In this document: piece after piece, positions 38,171-46,493 of the stretch
Layout: every line of letters starts with the position of its first letter
How positions within the stretch are numbered: the stretch's first letter is position 1
Assembly: GCA_963668645.2 (NCBI GenBank)
Contig: CAXXWC010000021.1
Location: forward strand, 416,001-480,000
Reading direction: 5' to 3'
Source of the DNA: Desulfobacterales bacterium
Lineage (GTDB): Bacteria; Desulfobacterota; Desulfobacteria; Desulfobacterales; UBA2174
DNA: 64,000 nucleotides
The notes under the pieces: model-generated
Told to the model about the DNA's origin: nothing
The model's database searches: none
The model's input: only the letters and a program-made list of their open reading frames with translations
Translations under genes and position numbers: made by a program

Positions 38171-39217
38171 ATGGAAGAGGCTAAAAGCCAGAAGATTACA
38201 GGATTTGAAGTGGCAAGGGAGCTCGAGGGCAAGAAGAAAACCATCAGAGAACGGCTCATTCCAGAATGGAACCACGTTAAGGCGGCCGGAGGCGGCATCG
38301 TCGTCTTTTTCATCCTTTTTCTGGTGGGCATCTGGCTGGCGGGCAACCCCTTCGAGGCCACGGTACGCCTGCCGTCCAAGTACGTGATCGAACACGGGCT
38401 GACCGGCAACGAGTGGAGCGTCGTCTGGAGCGTGGTGCTGCTTGCGGCCTTTTTCGAGTTCATGGACGCCTCGGCCGGCATGGGCTTCGGCACGGCCCTG
38501 ACCCCCATGCTGCTCATGGTCGGTTTCGATCCGAAGCAGATCGTGCCGGTGGTCATGATCCAGCAGGGTGCCGCCGGCCTGGTGGGAGCCTTCCTGCACC
38601 GAGAGTTCGAGAACGTGGAGTGGAAGTTCTCGCCCATGAGCGAATCGATCAAGCTCTGGCTGATCATCGCGGGCACCGGGGTGCTTTTCAACGTCACGGC
38701 CATCGTCGGTGTTTACAAAATCTTTAAAATCGGTAAAATCTGGATCAAGCTCTACGTGGCCATCCTGCTGCTGGTCATGGGGGCCGTATCCTTGTTCCAG
38801 TCCAAAAAAGACAGGCCCTATAAACCGGGCAAGATGGTTCTCTGGGCGGCCCTGGCCGGATTCAACAAGGGGGTCGGCGGCGGCGGCTACGGGCCGGTGG
38901 TCACCATCGGCGGCCTGCTGGCCGGTGTGCCGGTAAAAAGCATGCTGGCGGTGACGGCCATCAGCGAAGGCACGGTGAGCACCATTGCTGTAATCGCCTG
39001 GGTGCTGATGCTCACCAGCGGGGTCAAGATCGACTACATCCTGCTGCCCAGCTTCATGCTCGCCACCATGTTCTCGGCCGTGGCGGCGCCTTACATGACG
39101 CGGGTCTTTCCCGAGAAACTGTGGAAGATCGTGGTGCCGGCCTACTGTCTTTGCCTGACGGCCTACGCCTTTTACAAGATCATGCCCGACCTGATGAAAA
39201 AGCTGGCCGGCGGTTGA
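38171..39217 (+). CDS. TauE/SafE (sulfite exporter, DUF81) family membrane protein
   Basis: FMDASAGMGFGTALTP, GFNKGVGGGGYGPVVT; GGAGG SD. Confidence 0.88.
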   Translation: MEEAKSQKITGFEVARELEGKKKTIRERLIPEWNHVKAAGGGIVVFFILFLVGIWLAGNPFEATVRLPSKYVIEHGLTGNEWSVVWSVVLLAAFFEFMDASAGMGFGTALTPMLLMVGFDPKQIVPVVMIQQGAAGLVGAFLHREFENVEWKFSPMSESIKLWLIIAGTGVLFNVTAIVGVYKIFKIGKIWIKLYVAILLLVMGAVSLFQSKKDRPYKPGKMVLWAALAGFNKGVGGGGYGPVVTIGGLLAGVPVKSMLAVTAISEGTVSTIAVIAWVLMLTSGVKIDYILLPSFMLATMFSAVAAPYMTRVFPEKLWKIVVPAYCLCLTAYAFYKIMPDLMKKLAGG

Positions 39218-39317
39218 TCCGGGAACGGCGCCGCCTGCAACCGCTGCAAGCGGCGCCGCAAGCCCTTTCAACCCGAAAACAGACATCCGATCCATGAACC
39301 GGAAGCGAGACGAAAAG

Positions 39318-39854
39318 ATGAACGCCACCCAGACCGAAAAAACGATGTTCATGCCGGCCGGCAGCCGCCCCCAGCGCAGCTTTTTTCAGAGCCGCCTGGC
39401 CAACTTCGGCCTGACCATGATCATCATGGGGGCCAGCTTCGCCCTTTACTATCTGGGACTCTTCGGCACCGTGGACGGCCCTTTGGCCCCTGAACGGATG
39501 GGGTCGTCCCTGGCCGAAATGGGGGTTACCCAGCGTCATGTGATCGTTCTGCTGCTCACCGTGCTCATCGCCGCACTGACCTGGAACTGGATTTTCAATC
39601 TGGCCAGCCTGATGACCGGCCGGCGCATGACCTGCAACGCGATGGACAAGACCACCGGCGAGGTCTGCGGCGCGGCGGTCGAACGGCGCAAGCATACCGG
39701 CAAACGCAGCGGCCAGACCGTGGTGGAGTACCGCTGCCCCCACGGCCACCTGCGGCCCGAGGCCCATTTCCATCCGGTGCGCAAGGGAACGGTGAGCAAC
39801 ACCATCTGGGTCGGGTGCGCCATCTTCACGCTGATCGCATTCTTCTGCGTCTGA
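39318..39854 (+). CDS. Hypothetical membrane protein with Cys/His cluster
   Basis: Three hydrophobic segments; MTC...VCG...YRCPHGH...HFH; start could be 39294. Confidence 0.7.
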   Translation: MNATQTEKTMFMPAGSRPQRSFFQSRLANFGLTMIIMGASFALYYLGLFGTVDGPLAPERMGSSLAEMGVTQRHVIVLLLTVLIAALTWNWIFNLASLMTGRRMTCNAMDKTTGEVCGAAVERRKHTGKRSGQTVVEYRCPHGHLRPEAHFHPVRKGTVSNTIWVGCAIFTLIAFFCV

Positions 39855-39896
39855 AACGATATCTTGCCGCGCACCGCGGACACGATCCCTTCTGCT

Positions 39897-39933
39897 GGCT
39901 GCCGGCCCCCTTTTTGAAAGGGGGCCGGCAGCC
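39897..39933 (+). terminator. Strong hairpin ending the TauE operon
   Basis: 17-bp perfect stem GGCTGCCGGCCCCCTTT / AAAGGGGGCCGGCAGCC. Confidence 0.7.
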
Positions 39934-39980
39934 TTGCCGCCCTTTTTAAGCAAAACACCCCGATGCGACCTGGAGGAATG

Positions 39981-41225
39981 ATGTTCTCCCATGAGACTCG
40001 ACCTGGCCCGGGCAAAACGGCCGGGTCCGCTTCCCCTCGATTGCCGGGAGGGGTTTGGGCACTCGGGTTCGTCTCGATGTTGATGGATATTTCCTCTGAA
40101 CTTGTTCACAGCCTGCTGCCGGTCTTCATGGCCACGACCCTGGGTGCGTCCATGGCCACCATCGGCATCGTCGAGGGGGTCGCGGAGGGTGCCGCCGCGA
40201 TCACCAAGGTCTTTTCCGGAACCTTGAGCGACTATTTCGGCAAACGCAAGGCTCTCGCCGTGGCGGGCTATGCCCTGGGAGCTGTCACCAAGCCGGTCTT
40301 TGCGCTGGCGCCGACCATCGGGTGGGTGTTCGGCGCACGCCTCACCGATCGCGTGGGCAAAGGGATCCGCGGGGCACCGCGGGACGCGCTGGTGGCCGAC
40401 ATCACACCGCCCGGCTTGCGCGGCGCGGCGTACGGGTTGCGCCAGGCCCTCGATTCGGTGGGCGCCTTTTTAGGTCCTTTGCTGGCGATCGCCTTGATGA
40501 CGAAATTTGTCTGCGATATCAAAACGGTGTTCTGGGTTGCGGTCATACCGGCCTTTTTCTCGGTGGGCCTGCTGGTGGTGGCGGTGCGCGAACCCGCGCC
40601 GCGACTCCAGACCGAAAATCATGCAAAGCGGCTGCAATTGGCGGATCTCAATCGCCTGGATCGGCGCTACTGGTTTGTGGTCGGACTCGGTGCCGTCTTT
40701 ACCCTGGCCCGTTTCAGCGAGGCTTTTCTGATTTTGCGCGCCCAGGACCTGGGGATGGCCGTCGCCCACCTGCCGGTGATCATGATCGTGATGAATATCT
40801 GCTATTCCATTTTTGCCTATCCGGCCGGAGCGGCGGCCGATCGCTTTTCGGTGCGCACACTGCTGGCATTCGGATTGGCATTGCTCGTTTTCGCCGATTT
40901 TTTCCTGGCCCTGGCCCAATCGCCCCGGACCGCGCTGGTGGGTGCGGCATTTTGGGGCCTGCACATGGCCTTCAGCCAGGGGTTGCTTTCGAAACTGGTG
41001 GCCGACAGTGCCCCTGCGGACCTTCGCGGTACGGCTTTCGGGGTTTTCAATCTGGTCATCGGCGTTGCCATTTTACTCGCCAGTGTGATTGCCGGGGTCT
41101 TGTGGACCGCCTTGGGGGCGATGGCGACCTTCGGCGCCGGCGCTGCCTTCGCACTTCTGGCGGCAATAGGGTTGCTCTTATGCGGGCCCAGGGACTACGC
41201 CCGCCAGAGCGCAGGCCATCGATAA
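39981..41225 (+). CDS. MFS transporter
   Basis: GFVSMLMDISSELVHSLLP, SDYFGKRK, DRVGKGIRGAPRDAL. Confidence 0.9.
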   Translation: MFSHETRPGPGKTAGSASPRLPGGVWALGFVSMLMDISSELVHSLLPVFMATTLGASMATIGIVEGVAEGAAAITKVFSGTLSDYFGKRKALAVAGYALGAVTKPVFALAPTIGWVFGARLTDRVGKGIRGAPRDALVADITPPGLRGAAYGLRQALDSVGAFLGPLLAIALMTKFVCDIKTVFWVAVIPAFFSVGLLVVAVREPAPRLQTENHAKRLQLADLNRLDRRYWFVVGLGAVFTLARFSEAFLILRAQDLGMAVAHLPVIMIVMNICYSIFAYPAGAAADRFSVRTLLAFGLALLVFADFFLALAQSPRTALVGAAFWGLHMAFSQGLLSKLVADSAPADLRGTAFGVFNLVIGVAILLASVIAGVLWTALGAMATFGAGAAFALLAAIGLLLCGPRDYARQSAGHR

Positions 41226-41313
41226 AAGGGCCGGGCAATCCGGTGCGCTGCCGACACGGCGGCGAACAATTCGAGCACGCGGCAGGTGGAATTTCAAAAC
41301 AGGAGAACCGGCC

Positions 41314-42213
41314 ATGGCTTCAAATAGAACGGTGCGCCTGCTTTTGGTTGACGACGAGGACGACTTTCGTGAAAATCTGGCCCGCCTGCTGCGCCGCCGC
41401 GGATTCGAAGTGGTCACCGCCGCAGATGGACTCGCCGCTCTCGGGCTCATCGACCCGGGCCATCCTTTCGATGTGGCCCTGCTCGACGTGCGCATGCCCG
41501 GCATGGACGGAATCACCACCCTGGAAACCTTGCGCCGCCAAGCGCCCGGAACCGAAGTGATCATGCTCACCGGCCATGCCTCTATCCAGGACGGAGCCGA
41601 GGCCATCCGCCTGGGGGCTTTCGACTACCTGCAAAAACCCTGCGATCTGGACGATCTGCTCCAGAAGCTGGACAGTGCCGCCCGGGCCGAAGCCATACGC
41701 CGCCACCCGGTGCTCTGGCCGCGGCATACCGCCGCCGAAATGACTTTCTGCGCCTTGCGGCGCATCGGTCCGGACGCACCCCTGGCAGAAGCCCTCGACT
41801 TTTTCGACCTGGACCGCAGCCCCCAGGCGGCCGACACGCTTTTTGTCATCGGCAACGACGATTCGCTCTGCGGTTTACTGACACGCGCGGACCTCATCGC
41901 CGCTGCGCGTGCAGCCGAACCACAGCGCAAGGTCTCCTGGCAGGATCTGCGCCGCAACCCACAGTGGCTTCCCGAAAATGCGGTGCGCACCATGATGCGC
42001 AACGGTCCGACCGTTCTTAAAGCCGCCCCCGACGAGCTGCTGGTCGAACTGGCCCGGCGCATGATTGCGCACAATATCCGCTCGATGCCGCTGGTCCAAG
42101 GCGACCGGGTGACAGGAATCGTGCGGCTACGCGACGTGTTGCAGTTCATCGACCTCCAGGGCCTGACGACGGTGGCCTCGGGGGAGAGATCGCAACCGGA
42201 CGGCCCAATTTAA
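41314..42213 (+). CDS. Response regulator, REC plus CBS pair
   Basis: LVDDE, DVRMPGMDG, LTGH, KP; C-terminal CBS-like motifs (GLLTRADL, IRSMPLV...TGIVRLRD). Confidence 0.85.
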   Translation: MASNRTVRLLLVDDEDDFRENLARLLRRRGFEVVTAADGLAALGLIDPGHPFDVALLDVRMPGMDGITTLETLRRQAPGTEVIMLTGHASIQDGAEAIRLGAFDYLQKPCDLDDLLQKLDSAARAEAIRRHPVLWPRHTAAEMTFCALRRIGPDAPLAEALDFFDLDRSPQAADTLFVIGNDDSLCGLLTRADLIAAARAAEPQRKVSWQDLRRNPQWLPENAVRTMMRNGPTVLKAAPDELLVELARRMIAHNIRSMPLVQGDRVTGIVRLRDVLQFIDLQGLTTVASGERSQPDGPI

Positions 42214-42298
42214 GTTTTGACGGCCGCCTCTGGATTGGGTATGCGACCTCGTGTTACCCACGTTTGGGTGTTGCGGCATATTTTTACGGAGGCCCACC

Positions 42299-43996
42299 AT
42301 GGACTCGAACCCAAGCCCGGAATCTGCCGGCCGCACCAGCGACTTTCCCCATTACCGGCACGTTTGGAAACGGGTCGTCCTCTCGCTGCTGGCTGCGGCC
42401 TTCGTTCCCCTTCTGGCGGTGGGCGGCGGTCTTTACGGCTACGCGTACCACCAGCTGGAAAAGAAAACCCACGCGGCCCTGGCCGCCACGGTGCTCCACC
42501 ACCAGGACAGCATCGACCGTTTCCTGGAAGAACGGGTCCACGACCTGGAGGTGCTGGCTGGGATTTTCGGCCGCGAGCGGATCGGCGAACAGACGGTTCT
42601 TGATCAGGTCTTTGCCGAACTGCACCGCCGGCAGCCCTGGTTCCAGGACCTGGGCGTCATCGACGACCAGGGCCGTCACCTGGCCTACCACGGGGACTAC
42701 GACCTGATATCGCGCAACTATCGCCAAGCCGCCTGGTTCGCGCCCACGATACGCCAGGGCCGGTACATCAGCGATGTCTACAGCGGGTTTCGCCAAGTGC
42801 CCCACTTCATCATCGCCATCCGCTGCAGCGACCAGCGGGGGGACTGGATCTTGCGGGCCACGGTGGATACGGTCTTTTTCAACCGCCAGGTCCACGCCTT
42901 TGCCGGCCAGGGCCACCAGGACGCCTACCTGGTCAATGCCCAGGGGATGCTCCAGAGCCTGCCGCGGCGCGGCGGGACCCTGATGACCAGCGCCGGCCTG
43001 AACCTGCCCGAACCCTTCGAGGGGGTCCGCTTCGAACGCATCGGCGACCGGGTCCTGGCCCAGGTATGGCTGCACCAGGTGCCCTGGCTCTGCGTGGTGG
43101 AAATGTCCCGGTCCCGGATTCTGGCCGACCTGCACCGGGTGCGCAACATGGGCGCCGGAGTGCTGCTGCTTTCGTCCTTCTTGATTGTGGCCACCGTTTT
43201 ACTGACCACCAACTACCTGGTGAGCGAACTGGAAAGGGCGCGGCGCAGCATCAATCTGCTCGACCGCCAACTGCGCCGCACCAGCTATCTGGCCTCCACC
43301 ATGGAGCTGTCCGGCGGCATGCTGCATGAACTGGGCGATGTGCTCGACAACCTGGACATGGCCCATTGCTGCCTGGTGGAAAGCGACCAGGGCGGCGGCT
43401 CTGGCGAAAGGATGGAATCTTTGGCCCAGATCGGCCACGAAATCCGGCGCGGCCGCACCGCCTTGACGCGCTTCATACAGTTTACCGCGGTCGAAGATCC
43501 CCTGATCGGCCCGGTCGATCTGCACCGGCTCCTCGAAGACCTGATCGGGATCCTGGAGCGTGACCTGCGCCTGCGCCGCATCCGGATCGAACGGCGCTAC
43601 CGGCTCACCGATGCCCGGGTGCGCAGCGATCGCGGCAAACTGCGCCAGGTCTTTCAGAACCTGGTGCTCAATGCAATGCAGGCCATCGGTGAAAACGGCA
43701 CCCTGACCTTGACCACCGAGGCCGATGCCGACCGGATCCGCGTCACTGTCGCCGACACCGGTCCCGGCGTGCCCGCGGCCCTGCGTGAACGCATCTTCGA
43801 TCCGCTCTTTTCCACCAAAGAGAAAGGAACCGGACTGGGACTGGCGATCAGCCAGAACATCCTTCAGCAGCTCGGCGGAACGATCCAGCTTGATCCCTGG
43901 ACCCGCCAAGGAGCGGCCTTTATCGTGATCATGCCGGTGGCGCTGCGCCCATCCGGCCCACCGCCCGGGGCCCATGATCAAAAGAGAACACCTTAA
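42299..43996 (+). CDS. Cache-domain sensor histidine kinase with divergent H-box
   Basis: TM-Cache-TM; GMLHELGDVL; NLVLNAMQA, DTGPGV, GTGLGL. Confidence 0.88.
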   Translation: MDSNPSPESAGRTSDFPHYRHVWKRVVLSLLAAAFVPLLAVGGGLYGYAYHQLEKKTHAALAATVLHHQDSIDRFLEERVHDLEVLAGIFGRERIGEQTVLDQVFAELHRRQPWFQDLGVIDDQGRHLAYHGDYDLISRNYRQAAWFAPTIRQGRYISDVYSGFRQVPHFIIAIRCSDQRGDWILRATVDTVFFNRQVHAFAGQGHQDAYLVNAQGMLQSLPRRGGTLMTSAGLNLPEPFEGVRFERIGDRVLAQVWLHQVPWLCVVEMSRSRILADLHRVRNMGAGVLLLSSFLIVATVLLTTNYLVSELERARRSINLLDRQLRRTSYLASTMELSGGMLHELGDVLDNLDMAHCCLVESDQGGGSGERMESLAQIGHEIRRGRTALTRFIQFTAVEDPLIGPVDLHRLLEDLIGILERDLRLRRIRIERRYRLTDARVRSDRGKLRQVFQNLVLNAMQAIGENGTLTLTTEADADRIRVTVADTGPGVPAALRERIFDPLFSTKEKGTGLGLAISQNILQQLGGTIQLDPWTRQGAAFIVIMPVALRPSGPPPGAHDQKRTP

Positions 43997-46274
43997 ACAA
44001 GCGGTGGAGGCCATCGCCGCACGGGATGAAGAAGCCGGCTACACCCTCGGGGAGATGCTTGCCGCAGGCCGGATCGACATTACCGGAGTGGCCTGTGCTG
44101 CGCCGGATCTGCCCTGTTTCAGCATCGACGGGCACTGCGTCGCGGTGCCCAAAATCCTCTTTTTCAACGAGGGCGCCGCCGCTCTGGAAGTTTACCTGGT
44201 CAGGGCCTATGCCCAGATGGTGGCCATCCGGCAGGTCAACGACAGCCAGGACCGGCCCGACTTCCGGCGTGCCGCCGGCCATATCCGCCTCGAGGCCCTG
44301 CGCCGCACCGTGGCCCACGAGATACGAGCGGTGATACAGGCGTCCCCAGGCACGGACGGGCCGCCCGTCGCCGTGGATGTCGACGCCCTTTTAAGCCAGC
44401 ACCTGCCTGCGGCCCTGCCCCCTGCCGCACCGGCCGCAGACCTGTCCGGCCTCCAGTATACCGGCCGGGTGGATCCGGAACGCCCGGCGCTTTTCGTCCC
44501 CTTCCCCTTCTGCCTGGAGGCCCTGACCCAGGTGGCAGAACTGAACCTCGAATTTTTCAACCTGCGCTTTGTGCTCCGCTGCCACCTGCAAGGGAATCTG
44601 GCCCGTCTTTTCGCCCTGATCGTCCACGGCCGAATCGCCGGTTTAGCCTATGTCGAACCGGTGAGCCGGCCCTTTTATCGGGCGCTGGAAATCAAATATA
44701 TCGCCACCCGGCCGACAACGGCGGAATCACCCGCCGGCCAGCCGGCCTACCGTGGCGCCGGGACGGCCCTGGTGTCCGGCATCTGGATGCTCTGGAAAGA
44801 GCATCTGCCCAAGGTGCGGGAAATCGTGCTCGACGCGGAGGTCGCCGCGTCCGGATTCTACCGGCGCATCGGATTTGCCCCCCGGCGCATCCAGCAGTTT
44901 GCCCTACGCCGGCCGGACGGCCCCCTGCTGACGGCCATCGCGATCATGGCCGACCACTGCCGGCAGATTCATCCACGCGTGGAAAGCGAGATCGCCGACT
45001 TGCTGCGACGGACCCACCGCCGGATGCGCCGCGCCAGGGACGAGGCCCGGCACCGGGAGGATACAGCCTTCCTGCGGGCCTGCCTGCTGGCCCGGCACCA
45101 GCCGATCCTGGCGCGCACGGCGGCCGCCGGCCTGCTAAAGGCCGAGTCACAAATTCCCGAGGCGGCCGCCCTGCTGGCCGAAGCCACCCGCAGCGGCCGC
45201 CTGCGGATCCGCGAAGCCGCCGACCAACCCGCCCTGCTCGTGGTGCATGACCGGCGCTTCCAGGACCATCTGAAGGGCATCTTCCACCTGGAGAGCCCCC
45301 TGCGCCTGGCGGCCGTCGAACGCATCCTGGCCCATCCGTCCCTGGCCGATCGCTGGCGGCCTGTCCCCGGCAGGCAGGCCACACTGGAGGAATTGGCCTG
45401 GGTCCACACCGCCGAACATATCCGGCGCATCGCCGAAACCGCCGGCCAGCCGCTGACCAGCCTCGACTTGGACACCCAGACCACGGCCCAGTCCTTCGAG
45501 GTGGCCTGCCTGGCGGCCGGCAGCGTTTTCGAACTGATCGACGCCGTCTGGCACGCCGACGGGGCCAGCGGTTTCGCCTTCGTGCGCCCGCCGGGCCACC
45601 ATGCCGAGCCGGACCGGGCCATGGGTTTTTGCCTGTTCAACAACGTGGCCCTGGGGGCCTGCTACCTGCAACGGATCTATGGGGCCCGCAAGGTGATGAT
45701 CGTGGATATCGACGCCCACCACGGCAACGGCACCCAGGCGGCCTTCTACGACTGCAACCAGGTGCTCTTCGTCTCCCTGCATGAATTTCCCGCCTACCCG
45801 GGAACCGGACGGCTGGCCGAAACCGGCGCCGGCCCGGGACTCGGTCACACGGTCAACATCCCCCTGGGCCGGGGCTGCGGAGACCGTGAGGTTGCCCAGA
45901 GCCTGCATTGGATCGTGCGGCCCCTGGCCCTGGCCTACAAGCCCGACATGATCCTGGTCTCCTGCGGATTCGACCTCTACCACCGGGACCGGCTCAGTGG
46001 ATTGCAGGTCACGGCCGAGGGCTACGGGCTCTTCGCCAGGCTCTTGCAGCAAACCGCGGCCGAAGTCTGCCAGGGCCGCATCGTTTTCGTCCTCGAAGGC
46101 GGCTATCACGTGGAGAGCGTCGAAAGTTGCGGCCTGCGCTTCATTCAGGCCTTGTGCAGCCAGGGCGAGGCCGGCCGCCGCTTGTCCGACCTGACCGGCG
46201 GCAGCCCCAACGGGATCCTGCGCAAAGTCATCGCGCTGCACCAGACCTGGTGGCCTTCCCTGGTTTCGCTGTGA
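43974..46274 (+). CDS. GNAT acetyltransferase-like / histone deacetylase-family fusion protein
   Basis: GNAT: LEIKYIAT, YRGAGTALV, AASGFYRRIGF; HDAC: HLESPLR, RPPGHHA, GFCLFNN, DIDAHHGNGTQ, YPGTG, GFD, LEGGY. Confidence 0.85.
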   Translation: MIKREHLKQAVEAIAARDEEAGYTLGEMLAAGRIDITGVACAAPDLPCFSIDGHCVAVPKILFFNEGAAALEVYLVRAYAQMVAIRQVNDSQDRPDFRRAAGHIRLEALRRTVAHEIRAVIQASPGTDGPPVAVDVDALLSQHLPAALPPAAPAADLSGLQYTGRVDPERPALFVPFPFCLEALTQVAELNLEFFNLRFVLRCHLQGNLARLFALIVHGRIAGLAYVEPVSRPFYRALEIKYIATRPTTAESPAGQPAYRGAGTALVSGIWMLWKEHLPKVREIVLDAEVAASGFYRRIGFAPRRIQQFALRRPDGPLLTAIAIMADHCRQIHPRVESEIADLLRRTHRRMRRARDEARHREDTAFLRACLLARHQPILARTAAAGLLKAESQIPEAAALLAEATRSGRLRIREAADQPALLVVHDRRFQDHLKGIFHLESPLRLAAVERILAHPSLADRWRPVPGRQATLEELAWVHTAEHIRRIAETAGQPLTSLDLDTQTTAQSFEVACLAAGSVFELIDAVWHADGASGFAFVRPPGHHAEPDRAMGFCLFNNVALGACYLQRIYGARKVMIVDIDAHHGNGTQAAFYDCNQVLFVSLHEFPAYPGTGRLAETGAGPGLGHTVNIPLGRGCGDREVAQSLHWIVRPLALAYKPDMILVSCGFDLYHRDRLSGLQVTAEGYGLFARLLQQTAAEVCQGRIVFVLEGGYHVESVESCGLRFIQALCSQGEAGRRLSDLTGGSPNGILRKVIALHQTWWPSLVSL

Positions 46275-46418
46275 CCGTTGGGCGTCATCTGCCGGAGCCG
46301 GTGATGTCCACCGTCATGTGACAATTGCACCGCAGCCGGGGCCGTGGCCTTGCCGCCCTTTTAGCGCTTTTTGTGCAACTTGAAAGAGATGCGGACCGGC
46401 TCCGCTGCAAATGGCGGA

Positions 46419-46434
46419 TGGCACACTTCTTGTA
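46419..46434 (+). promoter_or_regulatory. Sigma54 promoter, -12 GT variant
   Basis: TGGCACACTTCTTGTA upstream of the third kinase. Confidence 0.6.
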
Positions 46435-46493
46435 GAAGGAAGTGGCCAGTACCTAGGAAATAAGCATCAACTCGCGAAGAAAGGATGTCATTC

